From contig CAXXKA010000001.1 in NCBI GenBank assembly GCA_963668625.2, positions 558,701 to 622,700 on the forward strand: 64,000 nt of DNA, written 5' to 3'. The notes beneath the pieces are model-generated. The model searched no databases. It was not told the DNA's origin and was given only the letters and a program-made list of their open reading frames with translations. Shown piece by piece: positions 36,952-45,451 of the stretch. The translations under genes were made by a program, and so were the position numbers. The stretch is from an uncultured candidate division Zixibacteria bacterium (GTDB lineage Bacteria; Zixibacteria; MSB-5A5; UBA10806; 4484-95). Position 1 is the first letter of the stretch, and every line of letters starts with the position of its first letter.

Positions 36952-37816
36952 ACACGGATTAATTTTAACCCTGGTTATCGCTGTCTCTTTAAGCGCTCTT
37001 TTTTATGCCTGTGATAAAGAGGAGCCGCCTCCGCAAGAAATATCGTTCGTATACGATATCCACGAGGCGTTAAAGCTGGCGGTTGAAAAAGAGCAGCCGG
37101 TCGTGGTGGAATTTTTCAAACCGGATTGCCCTTACAGTCGAATGATGGATGATTCGACTTTCAGCAGCAGTATCGTCATTTCGATGTCGTCCACGATGAT
37201 ATTCGCTAAAATTAACGCCCTGGTCGATACTATCGCGGCTGAGAATTATGGTGTTTCGTTCTACCCGACATTCATCGTATTCAAATCAAGCGGCGAGGAG
37301 ATCGACAGGCTGGTTGGCTACTACGGTCCCGGCGAGTTTTTCAACGAGGTTCAGCTTTTCATTCAGGGTAACGAAACTCTGAATGATTATCATATTCGCC
37401 TGGAGGATGAACCTGAACGCGCCGATTACAGTTTGATTATCGCCGAGAAATATAAGCATCGCTCCAACTGGGATAAAGCGCTGGAATATTACAACAATGT
37501 TCTGACTCTGGCTAACGAGGATAATACTTACGAAGTCGAAAGAGCTTTGCACGGTATCGCCGATGTTTATTGCGAGCAGGGTTTGTTCAAGCAGGCGGCA
37601 ATCAAGTATGAGGAGTTTTTACTTCAATATCCGCAATCGGAGTTAGCCGAGGATGCCGCTCGTAAACTGCCGTTCTGTCTGGCTCAGGATGGCCAGTTGG
37701 ATAGAGCAGCGGAGTTTTTCAAAAGTTATTTGGATAGCTACCCTAACGGTATTTATGCCGGCTGGGTGAAAGATAGAATCGATGAAATGGATAATTTCAT
37801 GAAAGCAGGTAAATAA
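36932..37816 (+). CDS. lipoprotein with thioredoxin-like fold (CPYS) and TPR repeats
   Basis: Lipobox LFYAC. Thioredoxin-like QPVVVEFFKPDCPYSRMMD...YPTFIVF. C-terminal TPR-like helices (WDKALEYYNNVL; FKQAAIKYEEFLLQYPQS). The start may be ATG 36944. Confidence 0.7.
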   Translation: MRGLMIKHGLILTLVIAVSLSALFYACDKEEPPPQEISFVYDIHEALKLAVEKEQPVVVEFFKPDCPYSRMMDDSTFSSSIVISMSSTMIFAKINALVDTIAAENYGVSFYPTFIVFKSSGEEIDRLVGYYGPGEFFNEVQLFIQGNETLNDYHIRLEDEPERADYSLIIAEKYKHRSNWDKALEYYNNVLTLANEDNTYEVERALHGIADVYCEQGLFKQAAIKYEEFLLQYPQSELAEDAARKLPFCLAQDGQLDRAAEFFKSYLDSYPNGIYAGWVKDRIDEMDNFMKAGK

Positions 37817-37818
37817 AG

Positions 37819-39273
37819 TTGTACGATAAATCGTTAATCGAACTTTCCAGTCCCGGGCATATCGGATTTTCGTTGCCGGAACTGCCCGAGGATTATACCG
37901 GACCGGAGGATTATATTCCTCTTTCGATGCTTCGCAAGGAGGAGCCGAAACTCCCCGAGTTGGCGGAGCCGGAGGCGGTTCGGCATTTTATCGCCTTATC
38001 GGTGAAAAACCATCACATAGATAAAGGTTTTTACCCGCTCGGCTCTTGTACGATGAAATACAATCCCAAGCTAAACGAGTATACCGCCAATCTTCCCGGT
38101 TTTAACGCCGCTCATCCGCACGCGCCCGCCGATTCCGTGCAGGGGACTCTTCAGCTTTTATACGAGCTACAAGATATTCTGGCGGCTGTTTCAGGCATGG
38201 ATAATATTACGCTTCAACCGGCGGCCGGTGCTCATGGAGAATTTACCGCGCTTCTGTTGATGCGGGCATATCATCAAAGCAAAGGTGAAAACAGGAAGAA
38301 CATAATCATACCGGATTCCGCTCACGGCACTAATCCCGCCTCGGTGGCGCAGGCCGGTTTCAACACGATAAAGATCCCTTCCAATGATAAAGGTCTGGTT
38401 GATATCGAAAAGCTGGCGGAGCTGTGCGATTCCGATACCGCCGGATTTATGCTTACCAATCCCAATACCCTGGGGCTGTTCGAGCAGGATATCGAGAAAA
38501 TCGCGGCGGTGGTTCACGACTGCGGCGGCCTTCTGTACATGGATGGCGCAAACTTGAACGCGCTATTGGGCCTGGTTCGTCCCGGCGATATGGGATTCGA
38601 TATCGTACATTTCAATTTCCATAAGACTTTTTCAACACCTCATGGCGGTGGTGGTCCCGGCGGCGGAGCATTGGGTATCAAGGCGATTCTCGAGCCGTTT
38701 TTGCCGGCTCCGGTGATCACTCGGAAAACCTCTAAAGCCAGCAAGGTGTCGTACTTCCTGGAGTATAATCGCCCCGATTCAATCGGCAGGATTCATGGTT
38801 TCAACGGCAATATCGCCGTGGCAATCAGGGCATACACATATATCAGGAAACACGGCCCGGAGGGCTTGAAACAGATATCCAAAACCGCCATCGTGAACGC
38901 TAATTATCTTAAAGAGAATCTGCGGAAATACTACGATCTGCCGCATGAACGGGCCTGCATGCATGAGTTCGTCCTATCCGGCGACCGTCAGGCTAAAAAA
39001 GGCGTGAAGGTGCTGAATATAGCCAAGCGTATTCTGGACTTCGGAGTTCATGCACCGACCGTTTATTTCCCGCTTATCGTGCACGAGGCATTGATGATCG
39101 AGCCGACCGAGTCGGAAAGCAGGCAATCACTCGATTACTTTATCGAGGTGATGAAGCAAATCGCCGATGAGGTCGATAACGATCCGGATAAAGTGTTGAA
39201 TGCGCCGCACACCACCGTGGTTGGTCGTCTGGATGAGGCCAAAGCGGCTAAGGATATGAATGTTTGCTGGTAA
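37819..39273 (+). CDS. gcvPB: glycine dehydrogenase (aminomethyl-transferring) subunit 2
   Basis: LIELSSPGH.G..LP N-terminus and PLP-lysine region HFNFHKTFSTPHGGGGPG. TTG start. Confidence 0.95.
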   Translation: MYDKSLIELSSPGHIGFSLPELPEDYTGPEDYIPLSMLRKEEPKLPELAEPEAVRHFIALSVKNHHIDKGFYPLGSCTMKYNPKLNEYTANLPGFNAAHPHAPADSVQGTLQLLYELQDILAAVSGMDNITLQPAAGAHGEFTALLLMRAYHQSKGENRKNIIIPDSAHGTNPASVAQAGFNTIKIPSNDKGLVDIEKLAELCDSDTAGFMLTNPNTLGLFEQDIEKIAAVVHDCGGLLYMDGANLNALLGLVRPGDMGFDIVHFNFHKTFSTPHGGGGPGGGALGIKAILEPFLPAPVITRKTSKASKVSYFLEYNRPDSIGRIHGFNGNIAVAIRAYTYIRKHGPEGLKQISKTAIVNANYLKENLRKYYDLPHERACMHEFVLSGDRQAKKGVKVLNIAKRILDFGVHAPTVYFPLIVHEALMIEPTESESRQSLDYFIEVMKQIADEVDNDPDKVLNAPHTTVVGRLDEAKAAKDMNVCW

Positions 39274-39294
39274 GGATTACCGATAGAATTATTC

Positions 39295-39327
39295 AAACCG
39301 CGATGTTTTATTCGCGGTTTTTTTATT
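39295..39327 (+). terminator. Rho-independent terminator after gcvPB
   Basis: AAACCGCG-ATGTTTTATT-CGCGGTTT followed by a T run. Confidence 0.85.
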
Positions 39328-39392
39328 ATATTAAAGTTGTTGGGAGAAAGCGCAACCTTGAGCCGTATTACCGGAATAGTCTGAGTTAGATA

Positions 39393-40817
39393 ATGAACAA
39401 ACTTTACTGTCTAAAACATATCAGCCTGAGCTATTCGATTTTCGATAGCGAAACCACCGAGAATATATCGATTAAGGCTCTGGATGATATTTCTCTGGAT
39501 ATCTATGAGAATGAGTTCATCGCGATCGCGGGCAGGAACGGCTCGGGAAAAACCTCCCTGGGGAAGCTGATGGCAGGTCTCGCGGGTTCGTTTGAAGGGG
39601 AGCTTCACTACAGAGGCAAGCCGGTAAAGGAATATAACCGTGAAATATTCCGGGATGTCGGTATGGTGATTCAGGAACCTCAAAACCAGTTGTTGATGCC
39701 GACAGTGGCAAAGGAGCTGGCGTATCCTCTGGAAAATCGCGGAGTGGGTAAAAACGATATTACTACGAAAGTATTTAAGCAGTCGGAGACATTCGGATTG
39801 AGCGCCTATCTCGAACGAAGTCCCGATCAACTCTCCGGCGGGCAAACTACCGCGCTGGCTCTGGCCTCGATATTGATAACCGAACCCGAGACTGTTATTC
39901 TCGATGAACCGGACTCGCATTTCGATGATTCATCCAAAACAGTGCTCAGGGATTTCATTGCAAGATACCGGGGTAAAAAAACGATTATCCTGATCACGCA
40001 ATATCCGGAGGCGGCACAGAGCGCCGATAGAGTTATCAATATTTCTGATGGTAAATCCAATCAAACCGGGATGCTAAAACGCGAATCAATTCGGAATCGT
40101 AAAGTATACGATTATGGCAACGCGGTTGAATCTACACCTTGTCTTGAATTCCAGAATGTAAGTTACGAATATGAAAAGAACAGTGTGGCTCTCGGAAATA
40201 TCAACTTGATTATCAATCGCACCGAGAGAGTGGGTATAGTCGGAGGCATGGGCGCAGGGAAGACTACGCTGGGATTGATCGCCTCAGGCTTGCTCGAGCC
40301 TACCCAGGGGCAAGTGATGGTCGCGGGGATGGCTCTCGACAAGTATGATGAGATCGATTTGCGCCGAAAGGTATCGTATTCGATGCAGTTTCCTGAAAGG
40401 GCGTTATTCGGTGAAACTGTCAGGAAGGATATTGCGATCGGACCCGAGAATCTTACAATCGAGAATATCGATGATTCGGTTGATAAATACATTAATACTT
40501 TCAATATAGATAAACTTTCCAACCGTCACCCATTCGCACTTTCTGGAGGGGAGAAACGACGTGCGGCTCTAGCCGGGATTTTGGCTATGAATACGGAGAT
40601 AGTCATACTGGATGAGCCAACAGCCGCGCTGGATATCGAGACAGTGAATCGGCTAACCGAAATTCTATATTCACTGGAGGATAAAACTATTATAATAATC
40701 AGTCACGATATCGATTTCATCACAGCTAATTGCAATAGAGTTATTGAATTAAAACAGGGAAGAGTTGAAGCTGACATGCCTGTTGCCGACTTTTTATCCA
40801 CCAAGAAAAAAACCTGA
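39393..40817 (+). CDS. ABC transporter ATP-binding protein with two fused nucleotide-binding domains (ECF/CbiO-like)
   Basis: Two Walker A (GRNGSGKTSL; GGMGAGKTTL), two signature motifs (LSGGQTT; LSGGEKRR), two Walker B (ILDEPD; ILDEPT). No permease gene adjacent. Confidence 0.85.
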   Translation: MNKLYCLKHISLSYSIFDSETTENISIKALDDISLDIYENEFIAIAGRNGSGKTSLGKLMAGLAGSFEGELHYRGKPVKEYNREIFRDVGMVIQEPQNQLLMPTVAKELAYPLENRGVGKNDITTKVFKQSETFGLSAYLERSPDQLSGGQTTALALASILITEPETVILDEPDSHFDDSSKTVLRDFIARYRGKKTIILITQYPEAAQSADRVINISDGKSNQTGMLKRESIRNRKVYDYGNAVESTPCLEFQNVSYEYEKNSVALGNINLIINRTERVGIVGGMGAGKTTLGLIASGLLEPTQGQVMVAGMALDKYDEIDLRRKVSYSMQFPERALFGETVRKDIAIGPENLTIENIDDSVDKYINTFNIDKLSNRHPFALSGGEKRRAALAGILAMNTEIVILDEPTAALDIETVNRLTEILYSLEDKTIIIISHDIDFITANCNRVIELKQGRVEADMPVADFLSTKKKT

Positions 40818-40909
40818 TTTGTCTTTATTAAACCTCCCATAATACTATCAAATCCGATGGGAACATTCGGCTGTCCAGGTATTGTTTATAATGAAAATGA
40901 GGATCATTT

Positions 40910-41317
40910 ATGATTAAAATACTATCAAAAATCCTGGTGGCGGCGTTTGGCGTATTTATTTTCGCTGGATGCTCCGGCAGCAACCCCGCTGGTAATGATA
41001 TCCCCGATGCCCCGACCAATCTCTCAGGCGAGGCAACCGGGGCTTACTCGATTCAACTATACTGGGCGGATAACTCGGAAAACGAGGATGTTTTCCTGCT
41101 TTACAGATCGGTTGGCGGCCCATACGAATTGACGGCCGAGTTGGATGCCAATACTGATGCTTATAACGATCAAATCAATTTCAGTTGTGTCGAGGTGGGG
41201 TATTACATTGTTGCCAGTAATGGGGCAGGAAACTCATCCAACTCCAATTTCATAAATGTGCCGTTACTCTGCGGCCCGGAAAACAGTGATACCTTGAGCT
41301 TGCCATTCGCCAGATAG
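40910..41317 (+). CDS. lipoprotein with fibronectin type III-like domain
   Basis: Lipobox IFAGC. PDAPTNLSGEATGAYSIQLYWADNSENEDVFLLYRS resembles an FN3 domain. Confidence 0.7.
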   Translation: MIKILSKILVAAFGVFIFAGCSGSNPAGNDIPDAPTNLSGEATGAYSIQLYWADNSENEDVFLLYRSVGGPYELTAELDANTDAYNDQINFSCVEVGYYIVASNGAGNSSNSNFINVPLLCGPENSDTLSLPFAR

Positions 41318-41559
41318 CGAGATTATCCGAAACCAGCGGATGTGGTTGAGCAACTAGGCAAGCTGTAGCTTCTCACAACCTGAGATCGACCAGGCTGAAT
41401 CTATCGATACTTTCGGCTTTTTAGATCATATCTGTTATCATCTTTGCTTGACTTAGCTCCTAAAAATTAGCATTATACCTATCGAAATGAGCTGTCACGC
41501 TCATACCTCTAATTGAAAACGTAACCTGATTTATAAATGAAAATTAGTAGGAGGAATAG

Positions 41560-42744
41560 ATGTCTGAACAGGCTGTAATCGTATCCGCGTGCAGAACAGC
41601 TATAGGTACATTTTTAGGTGGGCTAGCTCCTGTGACCGCCCCGAAACTTGGCGCTATTGCCATAAAAGAGGCTGTCAAACGCTCCGGTGTAGATCCCGAG
41701 AAAATCGATGAGGTGATAATGGGGCAGGTGGTTCAAGGTGGTTCCGGCCAGGCTCCAGCCCGTCAGGCCTCCGTGCATTCCGGTTTGCCTACGAAAATTC
41801 CGGCCATGACAATCAATAAAGTATGCGGCTCCGGTTTGAAAGCCGTGATGATTGCCGCCTCCGAGATAAAAGCCGGGGATGGCCACTGCTTCGTTGCCGG
41901 TGGACAGGAGTCGATGTCCAACTGTCCGTTCATTCTTCAGGGCGCGAGGCAAGGATTGAAATTCGGCGATCAAAAGCTGAAAGACCTGATGATTCTTGAT
42001 GGCCTGTGGGATAGTTTCAACAATTTCCACATGGGGCTGGCGGCAGAATATACCGCCGAGAAAGCCGGCTTGACCAGAAAAGACCTGGATGAATACGCTG
42101 CTAATTCGCAGAATAAAGCCGCTAAAGCCAGTGAGGATGGTAAATTCAAAGCCGAAATTACCCCGGTGGAGATTCCCCAGCGTAAAGGTGATCCGATTAT
42201 TTTCGATACCGACCAGGGCCCTCGTCCCGGTACGACTGTCGAGAAGCTGGGCAAGCTTCGACCGGCGTTTACCAAAGATGGTATAGTCACCGCCGGTAAT
42301 TCTCCCGGTTTGAATGATGGCGCCTCGGCTCTGGTGGTGACCTCCGAATCGTTCGCCAAAGAGAATAATCTCAAACCGCTGGCCCGGGTTATCGATTACA
42401 CCTCGGCTCATAAAGACCCCAAAGAGCTGTTTTTCGCTCCTATCGATGCCGTGAATATGCTGACCAAAAAGATGGGAGTCGATATTAATCACTGGGACCT
42501 GATCGAGGCCAACGAGGCTTTCGCCGCGCAGTGTTTAGCTGATGGCAACGCGCTCGGTTGGGACTACGATAAGGTTAATGTCAACGGCGGCGCAATAGCG
42601 TTGGGTCATCCGATAGGCGCCTCAGGCGCGCGCGTGCTTACCACTTTGATTTATGCTCTGAAAGATCGCGGCCTTAAAAAAGGTATGGCAACGTTATGTC
42701 TCGGCGGCGGCGGAGCGGTAGCAATGGCTATTGAGTTGATGTAG
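41560..42744 (+). CDS. acetyl-CoA C-acetyltransferase (thiolase II)
   Basis: Active-site Cys INKVCGSGLKAV. C-terminal NVNGGAIALGHPIGASGAR and CLGGGGAVAM. RBS AGGAGG. Confidence 0.95.
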   Translation: MSEQAVIVSACRTAIGTFLGGLAPVTAPKLGAIAIKEAVKRSGVDPEKIDEVIMGQVVQGGSGQAPARQASVHSGLPTKIPAMTINKVCGSGLKAVMIAASEIKAGDGHCFVAGGQESMSNCPFILQGARQGLKFGDQKLKDLMILDGLWDSFNNFHMGLAAEYTAEKAGLTRKDLDEYAANSQNKAAKASEDGKFKAEITPVEIPQRKGDPIIFDTDQGPRPGTTVEKLGKLRPAFTKDGIVTAGNSPGLNDGASALVVTSESFAKENNLKPLARVIDYTSAHKDPKELFFAPIDAVNMLTKKMGVDINHWDLIEANEAFAAQCLADGNALGWDYDKVNVNGGAIALGHPIGASGARVLTTLIYALKDRGLKKGMATLCLGGGGAVAMAIELM

Positions 42745-42772
42745 TCAGCAGTTTTATAACAACGATTATTGT

Positions 42773-42804
42773 AAGGGCGTTCGACTGGACGCCCTTTACT
42801 TTTG
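42773..42804 (+). terminator. Rho-independent terminator after the thiolase gene
   Basis: AAGGGCG-TTCGACTGGA-CGCCCTT followed by TACTTTTG. A near-duplicate hairpin lies at 42912-42935. Confidence 0.7.
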
Positions 42805-42810
42805 CCCACT

Positions 42811-42835
42811 CATTACGAAGCGCTGCTTCGTAATG
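42811..42835. repeat. palindromic hairpin of the AAGC-NNN-GCTT core family
   Basis: CATTACGAAGC-GCT-GCTTCGTAATG, a perfect 11-bp stem. Confidence 0.75.
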
Positions 42836-43044
42836 TTGCTGGAGATGGCAGAATAATACACTTTTGCTGGTGATGACAAGGCTTTAAAGCAGCGCCTGGG
42901 AATCAAGAGATAAGGGCATTCGATTGGACGCCCTTTTACTATATATCAGCTTAAAATACCTTTTGACCGGCCATCATAATCATCCTATTATAGGAAACTA
43001 TAGGATAGCTAATTGGAGTATTAATTTCAAAAGGAGATATTGTA

Positions 43045-43449
43045 ATGAGCATGCCAAGGATAACCTTAGCCTACGCGGTGATATTAATAATAATCGGATT
43101 GATCGGATACATGGCCTCGGGGATGGCCAGTATAACGGCCTTGATACCGTCCTTTTTCGGCGTGGTATTTGTCGTATTGGGCATAATGGCGATGTTCGAG
43201 AATATGCGCAAGAACGCCATGCACGTGGCCGCGGTGATATCTTTTATCGCGCTCCTGTTCACGATCGGTGGTATTTTTGATGTCTTTTCCATGCTTTCGG
43301 GAACTGAGCTCGAGCGACCCGGCGCGGCCGTGGCCAAAGCGTTTATGGCGATTTTCTCACTGGTATATTTTGCCATATGTCTATGGTCATTCGTCTCTGC
43401 CCGTTTACTGAAGAAAAACGATAAACCGGAAAAGCCGATTGAGGTTTGA
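43045..43449 (+). CDS. small membrane protein (4 TM), unknown function
   Basis: RBS AAGGAG. Four hydrophobic helices. No family recognised. Confidence 0.65.
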   Translation: MSMPRITLAYAVILIIIGLIGYMASGMASITALIPSFFGVVFVVLGIMAMFENMRKNAMHVAAVISFIALLFTIGGIFDVFSMLSGTELERPGAAVAKAFMAIFSLVYFAICLWSFVSARLLKKNDKPEKPIEV

Positions 43450-43478
43450 TATCAGGAGAAGATTTCCATTAAAATAAA

Positions 43479-43506
43479 GGTTGGAGCACGAGAACGTACT
43501 CCAACC
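43479..43506. repeat. hairpin of the CGAG(G/A)AC core family
   Basis: GGTTGGAGCAC-GAGAAC-GTACTCCAACC, downstream of the 43045..43449 gene. Confidence 0.6.
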
Positions 43507-43609
43507 TGGAATGATTTTCACGAAAAGCAGATTGAGATTCAGCCGCCTCTATCAATAAACTGCAGGACATAGTTGAGGCATGGAATCTTGACCCAATCTC
43601 CTGCCATGT

Positions 43610-44416
43610 TTACCAGATATAATATCCTAGCCGTGCGCTGATACCGTAGTTACTTCCATCGATATCATTATAAAGACTTCCAGGCCTCGATGGCATACTG
43701 GCGCCGTTGTTGTAGCTAACGGAGGTCGTCAATGTCAATGGTATGGATATCCTATATGTGAGACTTCCGCTGATTCCGAATCCGAATTCGTTCAATGTCT
43801 CCGTACTGTGGTTCGTAATATCAGTCGATCCATTGTTTTCATCCGTAATTTTAGTATCCTGATCGAGGCTGAAATACCAGCTTTGGAAATTAACCCTGGC
43901 AGTTGTTCTCGAGCTGAAAATATATCTTACTTCGGAATTCAAAACGCATTCGTAAGCGTCATTATAATCATAGCGAGTTACGTATTTGCTATAGATATTT
44001 TCGCGAGTCAAATCCGCGTCATAGTTATTTATCTCTCTATAGTAATCAAGAAAATAAGTGCCGGTAGCGGATATATTTAATTGCCATTTGTGATTGAATG
44101 GTTTGTAATAATATCCTCCCAGTGTCAAATACGTAGAGGAACTGGTGTGTTTATTGTTTTCCTCCGAGGACGAGAATAAATTGGTTTCGCTTAAGGTATC
44201 GATCTCTTCGGGAGCGCCATCCGGATATTTAGTCTCCAGTTCATAAATATGGCTATCTGTTCGCGTAACTTCTTTTATCTTTTCGTAGTCAATACCTATA
44301 CCTGCCTTGAACTGCCAACCGAATTTCCTGTTGTCAGTAGGGAAGTATCGCCAGATATCATCAACAAGCAGGGTCGCGGTCGTGTGGTTGCCATCAAGGA
44401 TACCTTCTCTATCCAA
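43610..44416 (-). CDS. outer-membrane beta-barrel-like protein, C-terminal portion (no signal peptide; possibly part of one split gene with 44409..45284)
   Basis: Alternating beta-strand pattern rich in Y/G/S/T/N and a terminal aromatic beta-signal ...ARLGYYIW. TTG start only. No signal peptide. Confidence 0.55.
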   Translation of the reverse strand: MDREGILDGNHTTATLLVDDIWRYFPTDNRKFGWQFKAGIGIDYEKIKEVTRTDSHIYELETKYPDGAPEEIDTLSETNLFSSSEENNKHTSSSTYLTLGGYYYKPFNHKWQLNISATGTYFLDYYREINNYDADLTRENIYSKYVTRYDYNDAYECVLNSEVRYIFSSRTTARVNFQSWYFSLDQDTKITDENNGSTDITNHSTETLNEFGFGISGSLTYRISIPLTLTTSVSYNNGASMPSRPGSLYNDIDGSNYGISARLGYYIW

Positions 44417-45284
44417 GGTAGTCGATCAAGCCATCCAGTGCCTCTATATAGTGAAGCCGAGAGTCAATAGCGTACTCCAGCCTGTATTGATAAACCAGCG
44501 AAGAAAGCTCTATCATTTGTGATTTGGTCGGTTGGATTGCGATTAAGCCGGCTTTATCCAGCTCATCAATGATATACATTGCCGTTGATCCGAACTTGCC
44601 CTCGTATACATGTCCCCATCCCGGTAATAGCGCCGCTCTCATTCTATACGTATGCTGATCGCCATCTCTGTAAGTCCAGGTTTTATCTATTTCATTCTCG
44701 ATCGTATCCGGAAAAACCGGGTTGGTGTCAGACGTGTAGATGTATGAATCATCCTTTGGGGCTTCAGATAGACTTACAGCAGCAGCCAGGTTTGCCGAGA
44801 TAAAAAAGTCGTTTATGAGATAGTGTCCGGTTTCAATATATGGCTCGATTTGAAAATCATATCCTGTTCTCAATGAGGTTGAATTTCTCTGGTAATAATC
44901 ATTCGTGCCATACCAGTTGTTGCTGGAAAGTTCGGATCTCCTGTTTTGAATAGAGCCTTCGGTATCTAATTCGAATAGTAAAAAAGATGGTACTGTTTGG
45001 TATTCATATTTGTACCGAGCTGATGCTGATCCATTCTGATTATCCGTGTTAGTATCGTCTACTGTCCTGATATCCGGCATTGATATTGATGCACGATCAT
45101 ATTTGGTCTCCTGTCCGTTTATGCCAATATTACCATCAACTCTAAGCTGGCTGTCTGTAAATTTCTCCGGGATGAAATCCTCGATCATGAAATTATTTGT
45201 CTGGGATATTGCCATCCCCGGAATAAATAACAACATGAAATAGATGGTGATGATCATGCGTTTAAATCGATAGCTGTCTTTCAT
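44409..45284 (-). CDS. secreted protein, N-terminal portion of a probable outer-membrane protein
   Basis: Signal peptide MIITIYFMLLFIPGMAISQ. Beta-rich sequence with no C-terminal beta-signal. 8-nt overlap with the next ORF. Confidence 0.55.
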   Translation of the reverse strand: MKDSYRFKRMIITIYFMLLFIPGMAISQTNNFMIEDFIPEKFTDSQLRVDGNIGINGQETKYDRASISMPDIRTVDDTNTDNQNGSASARYKYEYQTVPSFLLFELDTEGSIQNRRSELSSNNWYGTNDYYQRNSTSLRTGYDFQIEPYIETGHYLINDFFISANLAAAVSLSEAPKDDSYIYTSDTNPVFPDTIENEIDKTWTYRDGDQHTYRMRAALLPGWGHVYEGKFGSTAMYIIDELDKAGLIAIQPTKSQMIELSSLVYQYRLEYAIDSRLHYIEALDGLIDYLG

Positions 45285-45451
45285 ACATCCTCCTACTAAT
45301 TATTGTAATAAAAATCCTCTCAACTAATGTGTACTGGTACAAAGACAATAAGTTCCAGTATGAAGTTCGACATACGGCAAGCATTATCATCCGGTATAAT
45401 GAGTGATATAAAGGCGTGGTAGCGAAATCCCGATGATGTTATGTTATATCA

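Noticed and set aside
41623-42492. 289-codon antisense ORF inside the thiolase gene; similar long antisense ORFs lie at 6785..7324, 16502..16933, 27100..27567, 39411..39920 and 60322..60907
   Set aside because: In each case the opposite strand encodes a protein with unmistakable family motifs. The antisense products are low-complexity (R/G/P/S-rich) with no recognisable motifs.
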